Origin: Candidatus Kuenenia stuttgartensis
GTDB taxonomy: Bacteria > Planctomycetota > Planctomycetia > Pirellulales > UBA1268
Direction of reading: 5' to 3'
Length of the DNA: 64,000 nucleotides
Assembly (NCBI GenBank): GCA_945897435.1
Contig: CAMDFJ010000001.1
Span: forward strand, 13,072-77,071
The notes beneath the pieces are model-generated. The model was not told where the DNA came from, searched no databases, and saw only the letters and a list, made by a program, of their open reading frames with translations. Below, piece after piece: positions 48,369-57,415 of this stretch; position 1 is the stretch's first letter, and each line of letters starts with the position of its first letter. The position numbers and the translations under genes were made by a program.

Positions 48369-49481
48369 TCAGTCGGCGGCCAACGGCATGATCACGTAGC
48401 CGTAGCCGTCCTCGGTGCGGCAGACGCAGGCGCTCTGGGCGTCGGTGAGTTCCACCGAGACGTTCGCACCACCGTCGAGCACGCGGAGAAAATCGCTCAT
48501 GAACCGGGGGTCCATCTTGATCTTCACGTCGGCCCCATGGAGGTCGATCGGCAGTTCGATCCGGCTTTCGCCGCTCTCGGCCGACCGGCCGGAGAGCACA
48601 AGGGCACCCCGCTGAAAGGCGAAATCGACCCCCTTCGACTGCTCGCTGGTCACGATCGCCGCCTGCCGCACGGCAGCCAGCAGCGGACCGGCCACGAGGC
48701 TCACCCGGACTGCATCAGGCCGCTCTGGGAAGACATCCCGCCAACGCGGAAAGCGGCCTTCCACCAGCCGGGCCGAGATCGTCGTCGGTCCGGTCTTGAC
48801 CAGGATTTCGCTCGGCCGAACGGCCAGATGGATCGGCGTGTCGGCGTTTCCAAGGCAGCGTTCGACAAGCTGCATCGCCCGGGCTGGCACGATCGGCTGG
48901 GCATCGGCGGGCGTGCCGTTCACGGAGGCCGCCGGGCCCTCCATCTTGGCCAGCCTGCGGCCATCGGTGCCGACCGCGGTGACGGCTGTGCTCGTGAGTT
49001 CGAGCAGCACGCCGCCGAGGGCGAAACGGCTCGATTCGTTGTCGGTGGCAAAGACCGTCCGCCGAACGAGTTCCCGCATCAGCGGCGTCGATATCTCGAA
49101 GCAGGGCTCCGCCGGAAAGGTCGCCACCGAGGGAAACTCCAGCGGGTCTTCGGCGGGCAGGCGAAACTCGCTCCGCGGAGCCTTGACCACGGTCGCGGTG
49201 CCATCGGAGTGGATGTCGAAGACCGTGCCGGGACTGCTCTCGCGGACGATCGCCGAGAGCCGCCCGCTGGGGAGCAGCACGGCCCCGGGGGCGGAGGTCT
49301 CAACCCCCTCGATCTCGGTGCGGATACCCACCTCGAGGTCGGTGGCCGAGAGGACGGCCGTGCCCTGCGCGGCCTCGAGTTTCACGTTCGTGAGCACCGG
49401 CTTGGGCGACCTGGCCGGCACGACGGCCGACGCACTCTGCAGGGCCGCCAGCAGCGGCTCTCTCGTACAACGAACTTTCAT
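48369..49481 (-). CDS. dnaN: DNA polymerase III beta sliding clamp
   Basis: ATG at 49481: MKVRCTREPLLAALQSASAVVPARSPKPVLTNVKLEA... 370 aa with a three-domain clamp pattern. Its stop lies 1 nt before the DUF721 ATG. Confidence 0.9.
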   Translation of the reverse strand: MKVRCTREPLLAALQSASAVVPARSPKPVLTNVKLEAAQGTAVLSATDLEVGIRTEIEGVETSAPGAVLLPSGRLSAIVRESSPGTVFDIHSDGTATVVKAPRSEFRLPAEDPLEFPSVATFPAEPCFEISTPLMRELVRRTVFATDNESSRFALGGVLLELTSTAVTAVGTDGRRLAKMEGPAASVNGTPADAQPIVPARAMQLVERCLGNADTPIHLAVRPSEILVKTGPTTISARLVEGRFPRWRDVFPERPDAVRVSLVAGPLLAAVRQAAIVTSEQSKGVDFAFQRGALVLSGRSAESGESRIELPIDLHGADVKIKMDPRFMSDFLRVLDGGANVSVELTDAQSACVCRTEDGYGYVIMPLAAD

Positions 49482-49554
49482 CGAGGCGGATCCGTTCCGG
49501 GAAAACATCTGGGGAAACCCCTACTGTACCCGACTGGAGGCCTCCTGAAATCCC

Positions 49555-49760
49555 CTCAAATCCCGATTGTTTTCCCCGATTTTGGGCTCTGCCGTGGGTC
49601 TCTTCCCTGTCTTCTTCTTTTCTCTCTCTTTGAAAGAAATGATGAGCAGAAAGACAGGAAGAATTGCAGTAAGAGTAGGGAGTCCAGGTTTCCAACAAAT
49701 CGGGGATGACCGCCGAAAAAAACACCTATTTGAGCAGTCAATTCACTGTTGGTGGAATGT
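49555..49760. other. AT-rich island with nested inverted repeats upstream of dnaN
   Basis: By eye this is the lowest-GC stretch in the window. TCCCCGATTT (49573-49582) / AAATCGGGGA (49697-49706) is a perfect 10-bp IR, CCTGTCTT (49606-49613) / AAGACAGG (49651-49658) a perfect 8-bp IR, and TCTTTGAAAGA (49627-49637) a central palindrome. Confidence 0.8.
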
Positions 49761-49997
49761 TGGCAGAACGCCGAAAGAGGTCAGAGAAGTCGCCCTTTCC
49801 CCGTCTCCGGGGCGTGGCCCCCCGGACATCTCAGGGTCATTCCGGTCTCGCTTTGGCGCCCTCTCGCCGACGTCGAAAGCGTTGGTTGCGAATTCCCGCC
49901 AACGGCAACCCGGAGCCGACATTGGTCAGACAGCCGATGATTCCGCCTGGCGACAGCATCGGCCTTCTGGTTCTGGCGTCCTGTTCAGGATTTCGGT

Positions 49998-51920
49998 TCA
50001 GGGTTTTGGTTCAGGCTCAACGCTGCCGCCGACTGCGACTGCCTGCGAATCCTCTGATGGAGTGTCTTCCTGAGGCTTTGTGTCCGTGGCACCTGCCGGG
50101 GCGGGAAAGCTTCGTCCCGGGTCGAGACCAGCCGCTGTCGCGTGGGCCGCCAGTCTCTCCGACAGTCGGGACCAGGTCCGTAGTTTGAGTTCGTCCGGTG
50201 CCCATGCCCAGATCCGCGCTCGAACAAGCACCGGAGTCGACTCCTGCTTCATCGCGCTTTCGAAGGAGGCATCGATGATCCGCGGGAAGGGGGGCAGTTG
50301 GGCCTCTTTATTGACATACTTTGAACCGGGCACACTGGTGCCGAATCGCTTGTCATACATTCGGTGGGCCAGTTTCAGGAATCGGTTGAAGGTGTCGATG
50401 CGGCCCTTGGCGAGTCCGTCCATCATCGCCCGCTGGATCATGGCATCGAGGAACTGCCGCGTGTTCGACAGATCGATCTCCATCACTTCGCCGAGCCGCA
50501 GCGTCAGGAAGCCTTCGAGCCCCTCGGAATAGAGAGGCTGGTTGTCCTTGCCGGTGCCGGCCGCGAGTTCCCGGAGCTTCATGAAACACCCCGCAGCCTC
50601 CTCCTCGTTGCCGTAGAGGTAGGAAAAGACGATCGCCTGCTGCAGGAAAGATTCATAGCCCGTGAGGAGATCCCTCTCAGTGGCCCGGCCGAACGACCCG
50701 GCTGAGACACCCTCATCCGACTGGATGAGTTTCATGGCGTTCTGGATCCCGCGTTCGTAGCCCTCGATGAAACGCGGATCTGGGAGGATGTCGATCCGGT
50801 CGGAATAGGGATCGAACTCGATCCGGCCGGATCGCATGAGATTCTGCAGATTGCCGAGCCGGGTTCGGATGATCGTCAGTTCGTTGACGGAGTCACGCCG
50901 CAGCATATCGCGTCCGAGACGGACACCGCTTTCCGACCAGTAGATGCCGTGGGCGTGCGGATGCGCCCAGTCGAGAGGGCCGTAGGTTTCCATGAGTTCA
51001 GCCATGAAGGCCGGATCCATCCGATAGCGATCGAGAAGAACTTTTTTTTGCAGATGCGGAACGATCACGTTGAAAATCTGGTTGCTGAAGTCGGCATCTG
51101 CGGTCAGTGCGGCCACGACGTCGCGATTTGTGCCTGTTGGAAGCGCCCGGCCGGCACGCAGTTGCGTGTCGAGCGAATTCGTATAGAGAACCACCCTGCC
51201 GAGCATCCGCAGGAAGTCCTCGTCTGCCTTGACCCCAAATGTTTCCATCTTCGCGAGGGCATCACGGAGCGCCGGATCGGCGGCGGCCGAAAGATCCTCG
51301 GGGGCATCGACGATCACCCGAAACCGCCGGACCGCCTCCGCCGAAGTCCGTCCGCCCGTGGTGTCGCCGAGAATCTCGCGGAATTCCCTGGCCAGACGAG
51401 CCTTGTAATACCAGTGCTCGCGGTCGTTCTTGCCACCCACCTTGTGGAAGTAGAGCCAGCCGAGTTCCATCGGCAGGTTGGCATCCTTCGGATTGAGCGG
51501 GATTCCCTGGGAACGCAGCAGTTCGATGCCGCGGTTGACCCAGCCCCAGCGTTCCTCCGCCACCTGAGTCGAAACCGAGATGTTGTAGGCGAGATTCCAT
51601 GCCTGAAAGGCCCAGACCTTGGGAAACCGCGGCTGCAGCGAGGTGATCCACTGGCTCAGCGTCTGGGCCTCGAAAAATTCGCCCTTGTCCTGCAACGCCT
51701 CCGCCCGGGCCCAGAGCACGTCGACGGCCAGCCCGCGAAAGGTGCCGAGGGCCGCCGTGGCCAGCGCCACGTGGGGCGGCATGCCGGCCGTGCCGTCGAT
51801 CGCCATGACGAGTTGCAGATCGCGGCGCTGTGCGGCGATCGATCGCGTGGCAAAACCGGCTCCCACCAGGCATCCGACGAGCGTGATACAGGCGATCGTT
51901 TCAACGAGGCGGTCGTTCAT
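49998..51920 (-). CDS. Conserved-looking hypothetical protein, N-terminal TM anchor, helical-repeat body, acidic tail (640 aa)
   Basis: ATG at 51920; ETIACITLVGCLVGAGFA is the anchor. I recognise no motif. It is the last gene of the six-gene SPFH/ABC string, 10 bp after the permease stop. Confidence 0.5.
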   Translation of the reverse strand: MNDRLVETIACITLVGCLVGAGFATRSIAAQRRDLQLVMAIDGTAGMPPHVALATAALGTFRGLAVDVLWARAEALQDKGEFFEAQTLSQWITSLQPRFPKVWAFQAWNLAYNISVSTQVAEERWGWVNRGIELLRSQGIPLNPKDANLPMELGWLYFHKVGGKNDREHWYYKARLAREFREILGDTTGGRTSAEAVRRFRVIVDAPEDLSAAADPALRDALAKMETFGVKADEDFLRMLGRVVLYTNSLDTQLRAGRALPTGTNRDVVAALTADADFSNQIFNVIVPHLQKKVLLDRYRMDPAFMAELMETYGPLDWAHPHAHGIYWSESGVRLGRDMLRRDSVNELTIIRTRLGNLQNLMRSGRIEFDPYSDRIDILPDPRFIEGYERGIQNAMKLIQSDEGVSAGSFGRATERDLLTGYESFLQQAIVFSYLYGNEEEAAGCFMKLRELAAGTGKDNQPLYSEGLEGFLTLRLGEVMEIDLSNTRQFLDAMIQRAMMDGLAKGRIDTFNRFLKLAHRMYDKRFGTSVPGSKYVNKEAQLPPFPRIIDASFESAMKQESTPVLVRARIWAWAPDELKLRTWSRLSERLAAHATAAGLDPGRSFPAPAGATDTKPQEDTPSEDSQAVAVGGSVEPEPKP

Positions 51921-51930
51921 AAGGCAGATC

Positions 51931-53934
51931 TCACGTCGTAGATCGGATCAGGTCACGGCGATCGAAGGCCAGCCATCCCAGCAGACCGAGTGCCAGGGGA
52001 TAGATGATCCCAATCTTGAGCAGACACGAGAGCACGCTCGACGTGGGGATGACGAGGCCCGTCGCGAGATTCGACACGGCGTCATAGTCTGAAAATGCTG
52101 GAATCATCCAAAGGACGAAATCGTTGACGAAACCAAACAGCATCCTGAAGGCCTCGTAGAACCTGAACTGCACGGCATATCCGCCGGCAAGTGCCAGTCG
52201 CTTGCCGATCAGGCCCAGGGTCGATTCGGCGACGACGTTATAGAGCCCCATTCCCTCCTTGAAGAAGCCACTGCCGAGGGCCGTGAAATAGATGACGAGA
52301 CCAAGCAACGTCGCCGTGGGAAAGCCGAGGCAGGTGGCCGCCGCAACGCCCGCCGCGGCGACCATCGCGAGCTTGATCCAGAGGATTGTCAGACAGCGGA
52401 GAAAGTTGCCGTCGAATCCGCCCACCCTGTGAAAGAGCCGTAGCCCGTCGCCAAACCGGAACGTGATCGCGGTGGGCAGGGTCTCTCCGGGCGGTACGAG
52501 GTTCCGGTTGCCGATCCCGACTTTCAGCCTGCCGGCCTCGTCGATCATCGCGCTGGGAATCTCCAGCACGACCGTCGAGCCGCTCGAAACCCGCTGCTCG
52601 ACATGCTTGCCGTCCTGCATCGGCCAGGGCCTGTCATTCAGCCAGAGTGCGAAGCCCATCTCGGCGAGATCGACTTCGACGTTGTTGGCCCGTGGCTTCA
52701 GCTGGAGCTGCACGACCTGCTTCGTCCTGGCCGTCTCCTCGAGTCCCTGGAAGATGTAGGTCGAGACGGCGTCTGCCGTGACGGTGTGCCAGGCCCAGTC
52801 GTACTCCCGACGGATTCTGGCCCGCACGCCCTCAGGATTTGAGGCAAACGCATCGGGATCGTCCTTTTGAAGCCTATCGATCGCCGCCGCGATCGAGGCC
52901 TCGTAGTCCTCCGAATTTTCATGGACCGGACCGATGCCAGTTCGGGCGGTGAGCACCTGCCGATCGACGGCATCGCGATCGGCCTGATCGGTCGCGACCG
53001 TCGCCTGCAGAACCCGGACGAATGTGTAGGTGCCGGCTCCCGCCAGCCCCACCAGGAGGAGATTGAAGAGGGCGATCCCGAGCCATTTGCCGATCAGGTA
53101 TTCCCAGCGATTGAGCGGCTTCGCGAGCGTCATGTGGATCCGATAGGAGTCGATGTCGCCGCAGACGCTGCCGCAGGCGAGGAAGATCGTCATCAGGCTG
53201 AGAATCAGGCTGGCACCGCCCAGAGCCCAGTTGAGAAAGAACTGCACCCGATATTCGAGTCGTTCGGTGTGGTCGAGGACGAGAGGCATCATCGGGATCG
53301 AGACGACGAGCAGCACGAGCAGGGCAAGCGCCACCCGCATCCGGACCGCCTCTTCGATGACCGTTCGGGCAACGGCGGCGATGCCCAGCGTGCCGCCGAG
53401 AGTGAAGCGGATGGCAGCCAGACCCAGAACACACCCCAGAGCCATGCCGCCAATGCCGGTGAGTCCCGTCGCAGCGATCAGCCATCCGTGCCGCACGAGC
53501 AGCCAGATCGTCGCCGCGACACCGGCGGTCGCAATCGCAACCAGCGCCGGGGCCCGCCACTGAGGCACCCGTCGAAACAGTTTCCAGGTCCACAAGATAA
53601 TGCCGGCAAGTGTCGCGAGTTGGGCTGCGAGTCCCCAGCCAACGCCCAGGGTGCGGGCCAATCCTTCAGCGGCCGCCGATCCCCCGGCCAGCAGTCCAAG
53701 TCCGAAGAGTGTCGTCTGCCAGAGTAGATCGGGTCTGGCGAGACTGACGAGCCCGCCCAGCGCCCAGCCGGCTGAGGCGAGGAGGGTGACAAACCTGATG
53801 ACAGTCGCCAAAAGGCCGGCGTCCTGTGCGATCAGGAGCCTCGCCGCGGCCTCTCCGACCAGCATGATCCCGGCAAGCGAGCCGGCCCAGAGGGCCGCAT
53901 GACGATTGAAGATAGGCTGTTCGGGTCGCTGCAT
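51931..53934 (-). CDS. Large polytopic membrane protein, ABC-2-type permease-like with an extra N-terminal membrane domain and a ~230-aa loop
   Basis: About 5 TM helices, then RTVIEEAVRMRVALALLVLL (the N-terminal motif style of ABC-2/NosY-like permeases), a long soluble insert and a C-terminal TM bundle. 13 bp downstream of the ABC ATPase. Confidence 0.45.
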   Translation of the reverse strand: MQRPEQPIFNRHAALWAGSLAGIMLVGEAAARLLIAQDAGLLATVIRFVTLLASAGWALGGLVSLARPDLLWQTTLFGLGLLAGGSAAAEGLARTLGVGWGLAAQLATLAGIILWTWKLFRRVPQWRAPALVAIATAGVAATIWLLVRHGWLIAATGLTGIGGMALGCVLGLAAIRFTLGGTLGIAAVARTVIEEAVRMRVALALLVLLVVSIPMMPLVLDHTERLEYRVQFFLNWALGGASLILSLMTIFLACGSVCGDIDSYRIHMTLAKPLNRWEYLIGKWLGIALFNLLLVGLAGAGTYTFVRVLQATVATDQADRDAVDRQVLTARTGIGPVHENSEDYEASIAAAIDRLQKDDPDAFASNPEGVRARIRREYDWAWHTVTADAVSTYIFQGLEETARTKQVVQLQLKPRANNVEVDLAEMGFALWLNDRPWPMQDGKHVEQRVSSGSTVVLEIPSAMIDEAGRLKVGIGNRNLVPPGETLPTAITFRFGDGLRLFHRVGGFDGNFLRCLTILWIKLAMVAAAGVAAATCLGFPTATLLGLVIYFTALGSGFFKEGMGLYNVVAESTLGLIGKRLALAGGYAVQFRFYEAFRMLFGFVNDFVLWMIPAFSDYDAVSNLATGLVIPTSSVLSCLLKIGIIYPLALGLLGWLAFDRRDLIRSTT

Positions 53935-53947
53935 GAGGGGCAGAGCC

Positions 53948-55021
53948 TTATCGCTTCACGAGACTGTCGATCAGTCCGTCATCGACCTTTGGCGGGGCGG
54001 GCTGGGTTTCGCCTGCCGGAACATCGGGCTCCGGCTGCCTGGCAATTGCATCGTCCGGCCGGGTCACGTCCCGGAGGAAGTCGGGGATGTGACCGCCCGA
54101 CCGGGCCCCGCTCGTGTCGGTGCCCTCCGAGCGGGCCTTGTCGACGATTTCGAGGAACAGCGATTCGAGCCTGCGTCGGGGACGTTCGACGGCGAGATGA
54201 TCGACCCCGTGTCTGGCGAGGACGCCGCGAATCTCTTCGACGACGGCTTCAGGAATCGCGTCGGTCTGGAGGTTGGTCAGGTTTTCCTGAGACAACAGTT
54301 CGTCGCAGGTGCCCTCGGCCCGCACCTTGCCTCCGAACATGATCGCGACCCGGTCGCAAAGATCCTCGACGTCTGAAAGCTGATGCGTGCAGAGCAGCAC
54401 CGTCTTGCCGCGGCGACCGAGATCCGCGATCAGATCCTTGATCTGCCGGGCGCCGACCGGATCCATGCCGCTGGTGGGTTCGTCGAGGATCAGGAGTTGC
54501 GGATCGTTGATCAGGCTCTGGGCGAGCCCGACCCGCCGCTGCATGCCCTTGGAAAACTCCCCGACGGGCCTGTGCTCCACGGCCTGAAGGCCAACCATCT
54601 CCAGCAGCATGTCGATCCGCTCGCGCCGCATCCGGCCTGGAATCTTGAACAGCCGGCCGTAGTAGTCGAGCGTCTCGCGGGCCGAAAGGAAGCGATACAG
54701 ATAGCTCTCCTCCGGCAGGTAGCCGACATGCTTCTTGGTCGCCACGTCCCGGGGCCTGCGGCCGAGAACGGCGATTCTTCCGCTCGTCGGTGCCAGCAGT
54801 CCGAGCAGCATCTTGATCGTGGTGCTCTTCCCGGAGCCGTTTGGGCCGAGGAGCCCGTAGACTTGGCCCCTGCGAACCTCGAGATCGATCCCCTCCACGG
54901 CCCGCACTCGCGGCCGCATCCAGAAGTCACGAAAGGTCTTCGTGAGCGAGACGCACTTGATGTCGATGCCGTCGGCCGCGGTGCCGGGCGTTGCCTGGGA
55001 AGCGGATGCCGTGCTGATCAT
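53948..55021 (-). CDS. ABC transporter ATP-binding protein
   Basis: Walker A GLLGPNGSGKST, signature-like FSKGMQRRVGLA, Walker B LLILDEPTSGMD and H-loop CTHQ. It carries a C-terminal ~110-aa extension. Confidence 0.9.
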   Translation of the reverse strand: MISTASASQATPGTAADGIDIKCVSLTKTFRDFWMRPRVRAVEGIDLEVRRGQVYGLLGPNGSGKSTTIKMLLGLLAPTSGRIAVLGRRPRDVATKKHVGYLPEESYLYRFLSARETLDYYGRLFKIPGRMRRERIDMLLEMVGLQAVEHRPVGEFSKGMQRRVGLAQSLINDPQLLILDEPTSGMDPVGARQIKDLIADLGRRGKTVLLCTHQLSDVEDLCDRVAIMFGGKVRAEGTCDELLSQENLTNLQTDAIPEAVVEEIRGVLARHGVDHLAVERPRRRLESLFLEIVDKARSEGTDTSGARSGGHIPDFLRDVTRPDDAIARQPEPDVPAGETQPAPPKVDDGLIDSLVKR

Positions 55022-55086
55022 CGCGGTCTGTCCTCCCTGAGTGGATCTCTCTGCCGAGAGCCGGCTCGTCGCCGCCGGCGGCTGCG

Positions 55087-56385
55087 TCAGCGGCGAAACT
55101 TCGACTGTTCTTCCTTCAGCGAGCGGATCTGCTCCTGCTGCCGTTCCTTCTGGATCACCGGATCGCGGTTGAGTTGCAGCTGCAGCTGTCCGGGAACCGT
55201 GTAGAAGGTCTCGACGTCGCCGGTGAGGATTTTTTCCTTGGCATCCTCCCAGAGCCTGGAGAGGATGATTCGTGGGTTTTTCTCATACTGCGGCAGGAGA
55301 CGGTCGAAGGTTTCGCTGTCGGCCTTGATCCGTTCGACGACCTGCGTGCGGTAGGTCTTGGCGGTATTGATGATCCGCGCCACCTCGCCCCCGATCGGGA
55401 CCTGCCCCACGTCGAGGCTCGCCAGCGACTCGTCGATCGCCTTCTCGGCCGCATGCTGCTCGGCGGTGGTGGCGGTTTCGTTGGCTCGTTCGTAACTGTC
55501 GATCAGGGCAAGCAGCTTCTCGCTCCCCTCGCCGGCGGCCTCGCCGAGGATCCGTGCCCTGTCCTGCTGGGCGGCCACGATCCGCTGGGCACGGTCGGTT
55601 TCGGCCGTGGTCACGGCGTCAAAACTCCCCATCACGCTCACCGGCGCAGAGACCTTGTCGAGCGTGAGCTGGTCGATTGTGAGTCCCGTCGACATCTCGT
55701 CGAGCCGGCGTTGGGCGACGCCGGTCGCCGTATCGCGGTTGACGATCCCCTTGAGCAGGTCGTCGGCCGGCAGCTGGGCCACGGCCTGCACCACCCCCTG
55801 CTGCACGGCACAGCGGACGAGGTTTTCCGCGAGCGCCTTGTCGCCGACGTTGGTCACGTACGCGACGGGGTCGTTGACGCGGTAGGTGATCGTCCAGCGG
55901 GCGTGGGCGATGTTCATGTCGCCGGTGAGCAGCGAACCGTCGTAGACGGGATTGAGCGGCCGGCTCCGCGAGTTGCGGATCTGCTCCCGTGTTCGCCCCT
56001 GTTCTCCACCCCTTGTCTCGTACCAAAATTCCTTCTCGAGCGCGAGCGTCATCGGACGGGTGTCGACCTTGACCACCTGCTCAATCGGAAAGGGGGCGGC
56101 CAAATAGGTTCCGCGTTCGAGTACCCGCTCCCCCGGCGATCCGACATATTCGCCAAATCGCAGCCGCAGGGCGACCTCGTTGGAACCCACGCTGAACGTG
56201 CCGCTGAAGGCGTAGGCGACGAGCAACGCGAGCATTGCCACCTTGAGGATGCCGAACGACACCCGCAACGCCTCGGCCAGCGACTGCTGGGCCGGGTCGA
56301 GCGGGGCGGCAAGGCCCGGATCCTGCTCGATCTGCATCGGCGGGAGCTGCCTGGCGACGTCGTTCGGGGCTTCGGGAGTCGTCAT
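55087..56385 (-). CDS. SPFH/band-7 protein, HflK-like
   Basis: A single TM (ILKVAMLALLVAYAF), then an SPFH core (NEVALRLRFGEYVG...YLAAPFPIEQVVKVDTRP) and a coiled-coil tail. Confidence 0.7.
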   Translation of the reverse strand: MTTPEAPNDVARQLPPMQIEQDPGLAAPLDPAQQSLAEALRVSFGILKVAMLALLVAYAFSGTFSVGSNEVALRLRFGEYVGSPGERVLERGTYLAAPFPIEQVVKVDTRPMTLALEKEFWYETRGGEQGRTREQIRNSRSRPLNPVYDGSLLTGDMNIAHARWTITYRVNDPVAYVTNVGDKALAENLVRCAVQQGVVQAVAQLPADDLLKGIVNRDTATGVAQRRLDEMSTGLTIDQLTLDKVSAPVSVMGSFDAVTTAETDRAQRIVAAQQDRARILGEAAGEGSEKLLALIDSYERANETATTAEQHAAEKAIDESLASLDVGQVPIGGEVARIINTAKTYRTQVVERIKADSETFDRLLPQYEKNPRIILSRLWEDAKEKILTGDVETFYTVPGQLQLQLNRDPVIQKERQQEQIRSLKEEQSKFRR

Positions 56386-57344
56386 TGGGTCACGCGATCT
56401 TTCGGAATCTTTTGGGCAGCCTGACCCCCTGGGAGGCCGGCCGGGGCCGGAGCTGTCTGTCCGGGGTCACGATTGAACCAGTCGAGGATCCCGAGGCTGT
56501 CGGCCGAGAGGACGAAGGTCGTGTTGTGGTCGAGCATCTTCTTCAGGGCTTCGACCTTCCGGAGGAAGATCGCGAAATCCTCGTTGCGGGCGAAGCCCTC
56601 GTATTCCTGCGAGGCTTCCCGATCGCCCTGCGATCGGATCGCCTGGGCCCGCCTTTCGGCAAAGGCGAGGATCCGGTCGCGGGCGCTTTGGGCCTCGCTG
56701 CGGATCGCCGACGCCTGGGCCTGCCCCTCCTGAAGGGCATTTTCGGAGAGCCGCTCACGGGTCTTGATCATCGTCTCGAAGATCTTCTCCGTCGTCGATT
56801 CCGGCAGGACGATCTTATAGAGTCCGACGCTCTCCACCTTCAGTCCATAGCCCGACTGGGCGAGCGACGCCTCCAGGGCCTGCTTCGCCTCGTCCTCGAT
56901 CTGGGCGAGCTTGAGCCGGTCGCGATCGAGGTTCACCAGTTCGTCGAGGCGGTAGCGGCTGATCACGCCGCGAATCTCCCGGAGCCGGCTGGAAAGCTGA
57001 CGCGAGGCCTCGTTCGGATCCTTGAGCGTGATGTAGAAGTCGAGCGGATTCTCGATCCTCCAGGTCAGGTAGGTTCGCACGATCACGCTCTTGCCGTCGG
57101 CGGTCTGCAGTTCCTCGACCTTGTCCTCGAGCAGTTGGAGCCGCTTGGAGTAGTGGGTGATCTTGTGGATCGGCCAGGGCAGCCGCCACTTCAGTCCGGC
57201 GCTGTTCTGAACACTGCTGGCGTCGGCCTTGTCGAACGTGGTCCTCACCGCCACCTGGTCGTATCGGACCTGGTAGAGAAACATGTGCGACAGCAAAACG
57301 GCTGCAATGACCGTGCCGACGAGGATGGTGAACGAGTTCTTCAT
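56382..57344 (-). CDS. SPFH/band-7 protein, HflC-like
   Basis: MKNSFTILVGTVIAAVLLSHMFLYQVRYDQVAVRTTFDK... plus an Ala/Gln-rich coiled coil. ATGA overlap with the downstream SPFH gene. Confidence 0.75.
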   Translation of the reverse strand: MKNSFTILVGTVIAAVLLSHMFLYQVRYDQVAVRTTFDKADASSVQNSAGLKWRLPWPIHKITHYSKRLQLLEDKVEELQTADGKSVIVRTYLTWRIENPLDFYITLKDPNEASRQLSSRLREIRGVISRYRLDELVNLDRDRLKLAQIEDEAKQALEASLAQSGYGLKVESVGLYKIVLPESTTEKIFETMIKTRERLSENALQEGQAQASAIRSEAQSARDRILAFAERRAQAIRSQGDREASQEYEGFARNEDFAIFLRKVEALKKMLDHNTTFVLSADSLGILDWFNRDPGQTAPAPAGLPGGQAAQKIPKDRVTQ

Positions 57345-57415
57345 GGTGCCGATGGATGGCCTGGTGGGTGGGATCGTGGGGAGTTGGGAATTTCGTGGGA
57401 CGGGCTCTGCCGGGT

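Noticed and set aside
49482-49997. Canonical DnaA boxes / definite oriC call
   Set aside because: No TTATCCACA or close variants are seen (the best is TGGTGGAAT). dnaA is absent from the window, and the flanking genes are on the same strand on both sides. I report it only as a candidate.
49556-50073. Small ORFs inside the AT-rich island (61 aa minus strand; 168 aa plus strand)
   Set aside because: Their third-codon-position composition is unlike the rest of the genome. They have no RBS, and their translations are low-complexity. They are more likely non-coding.
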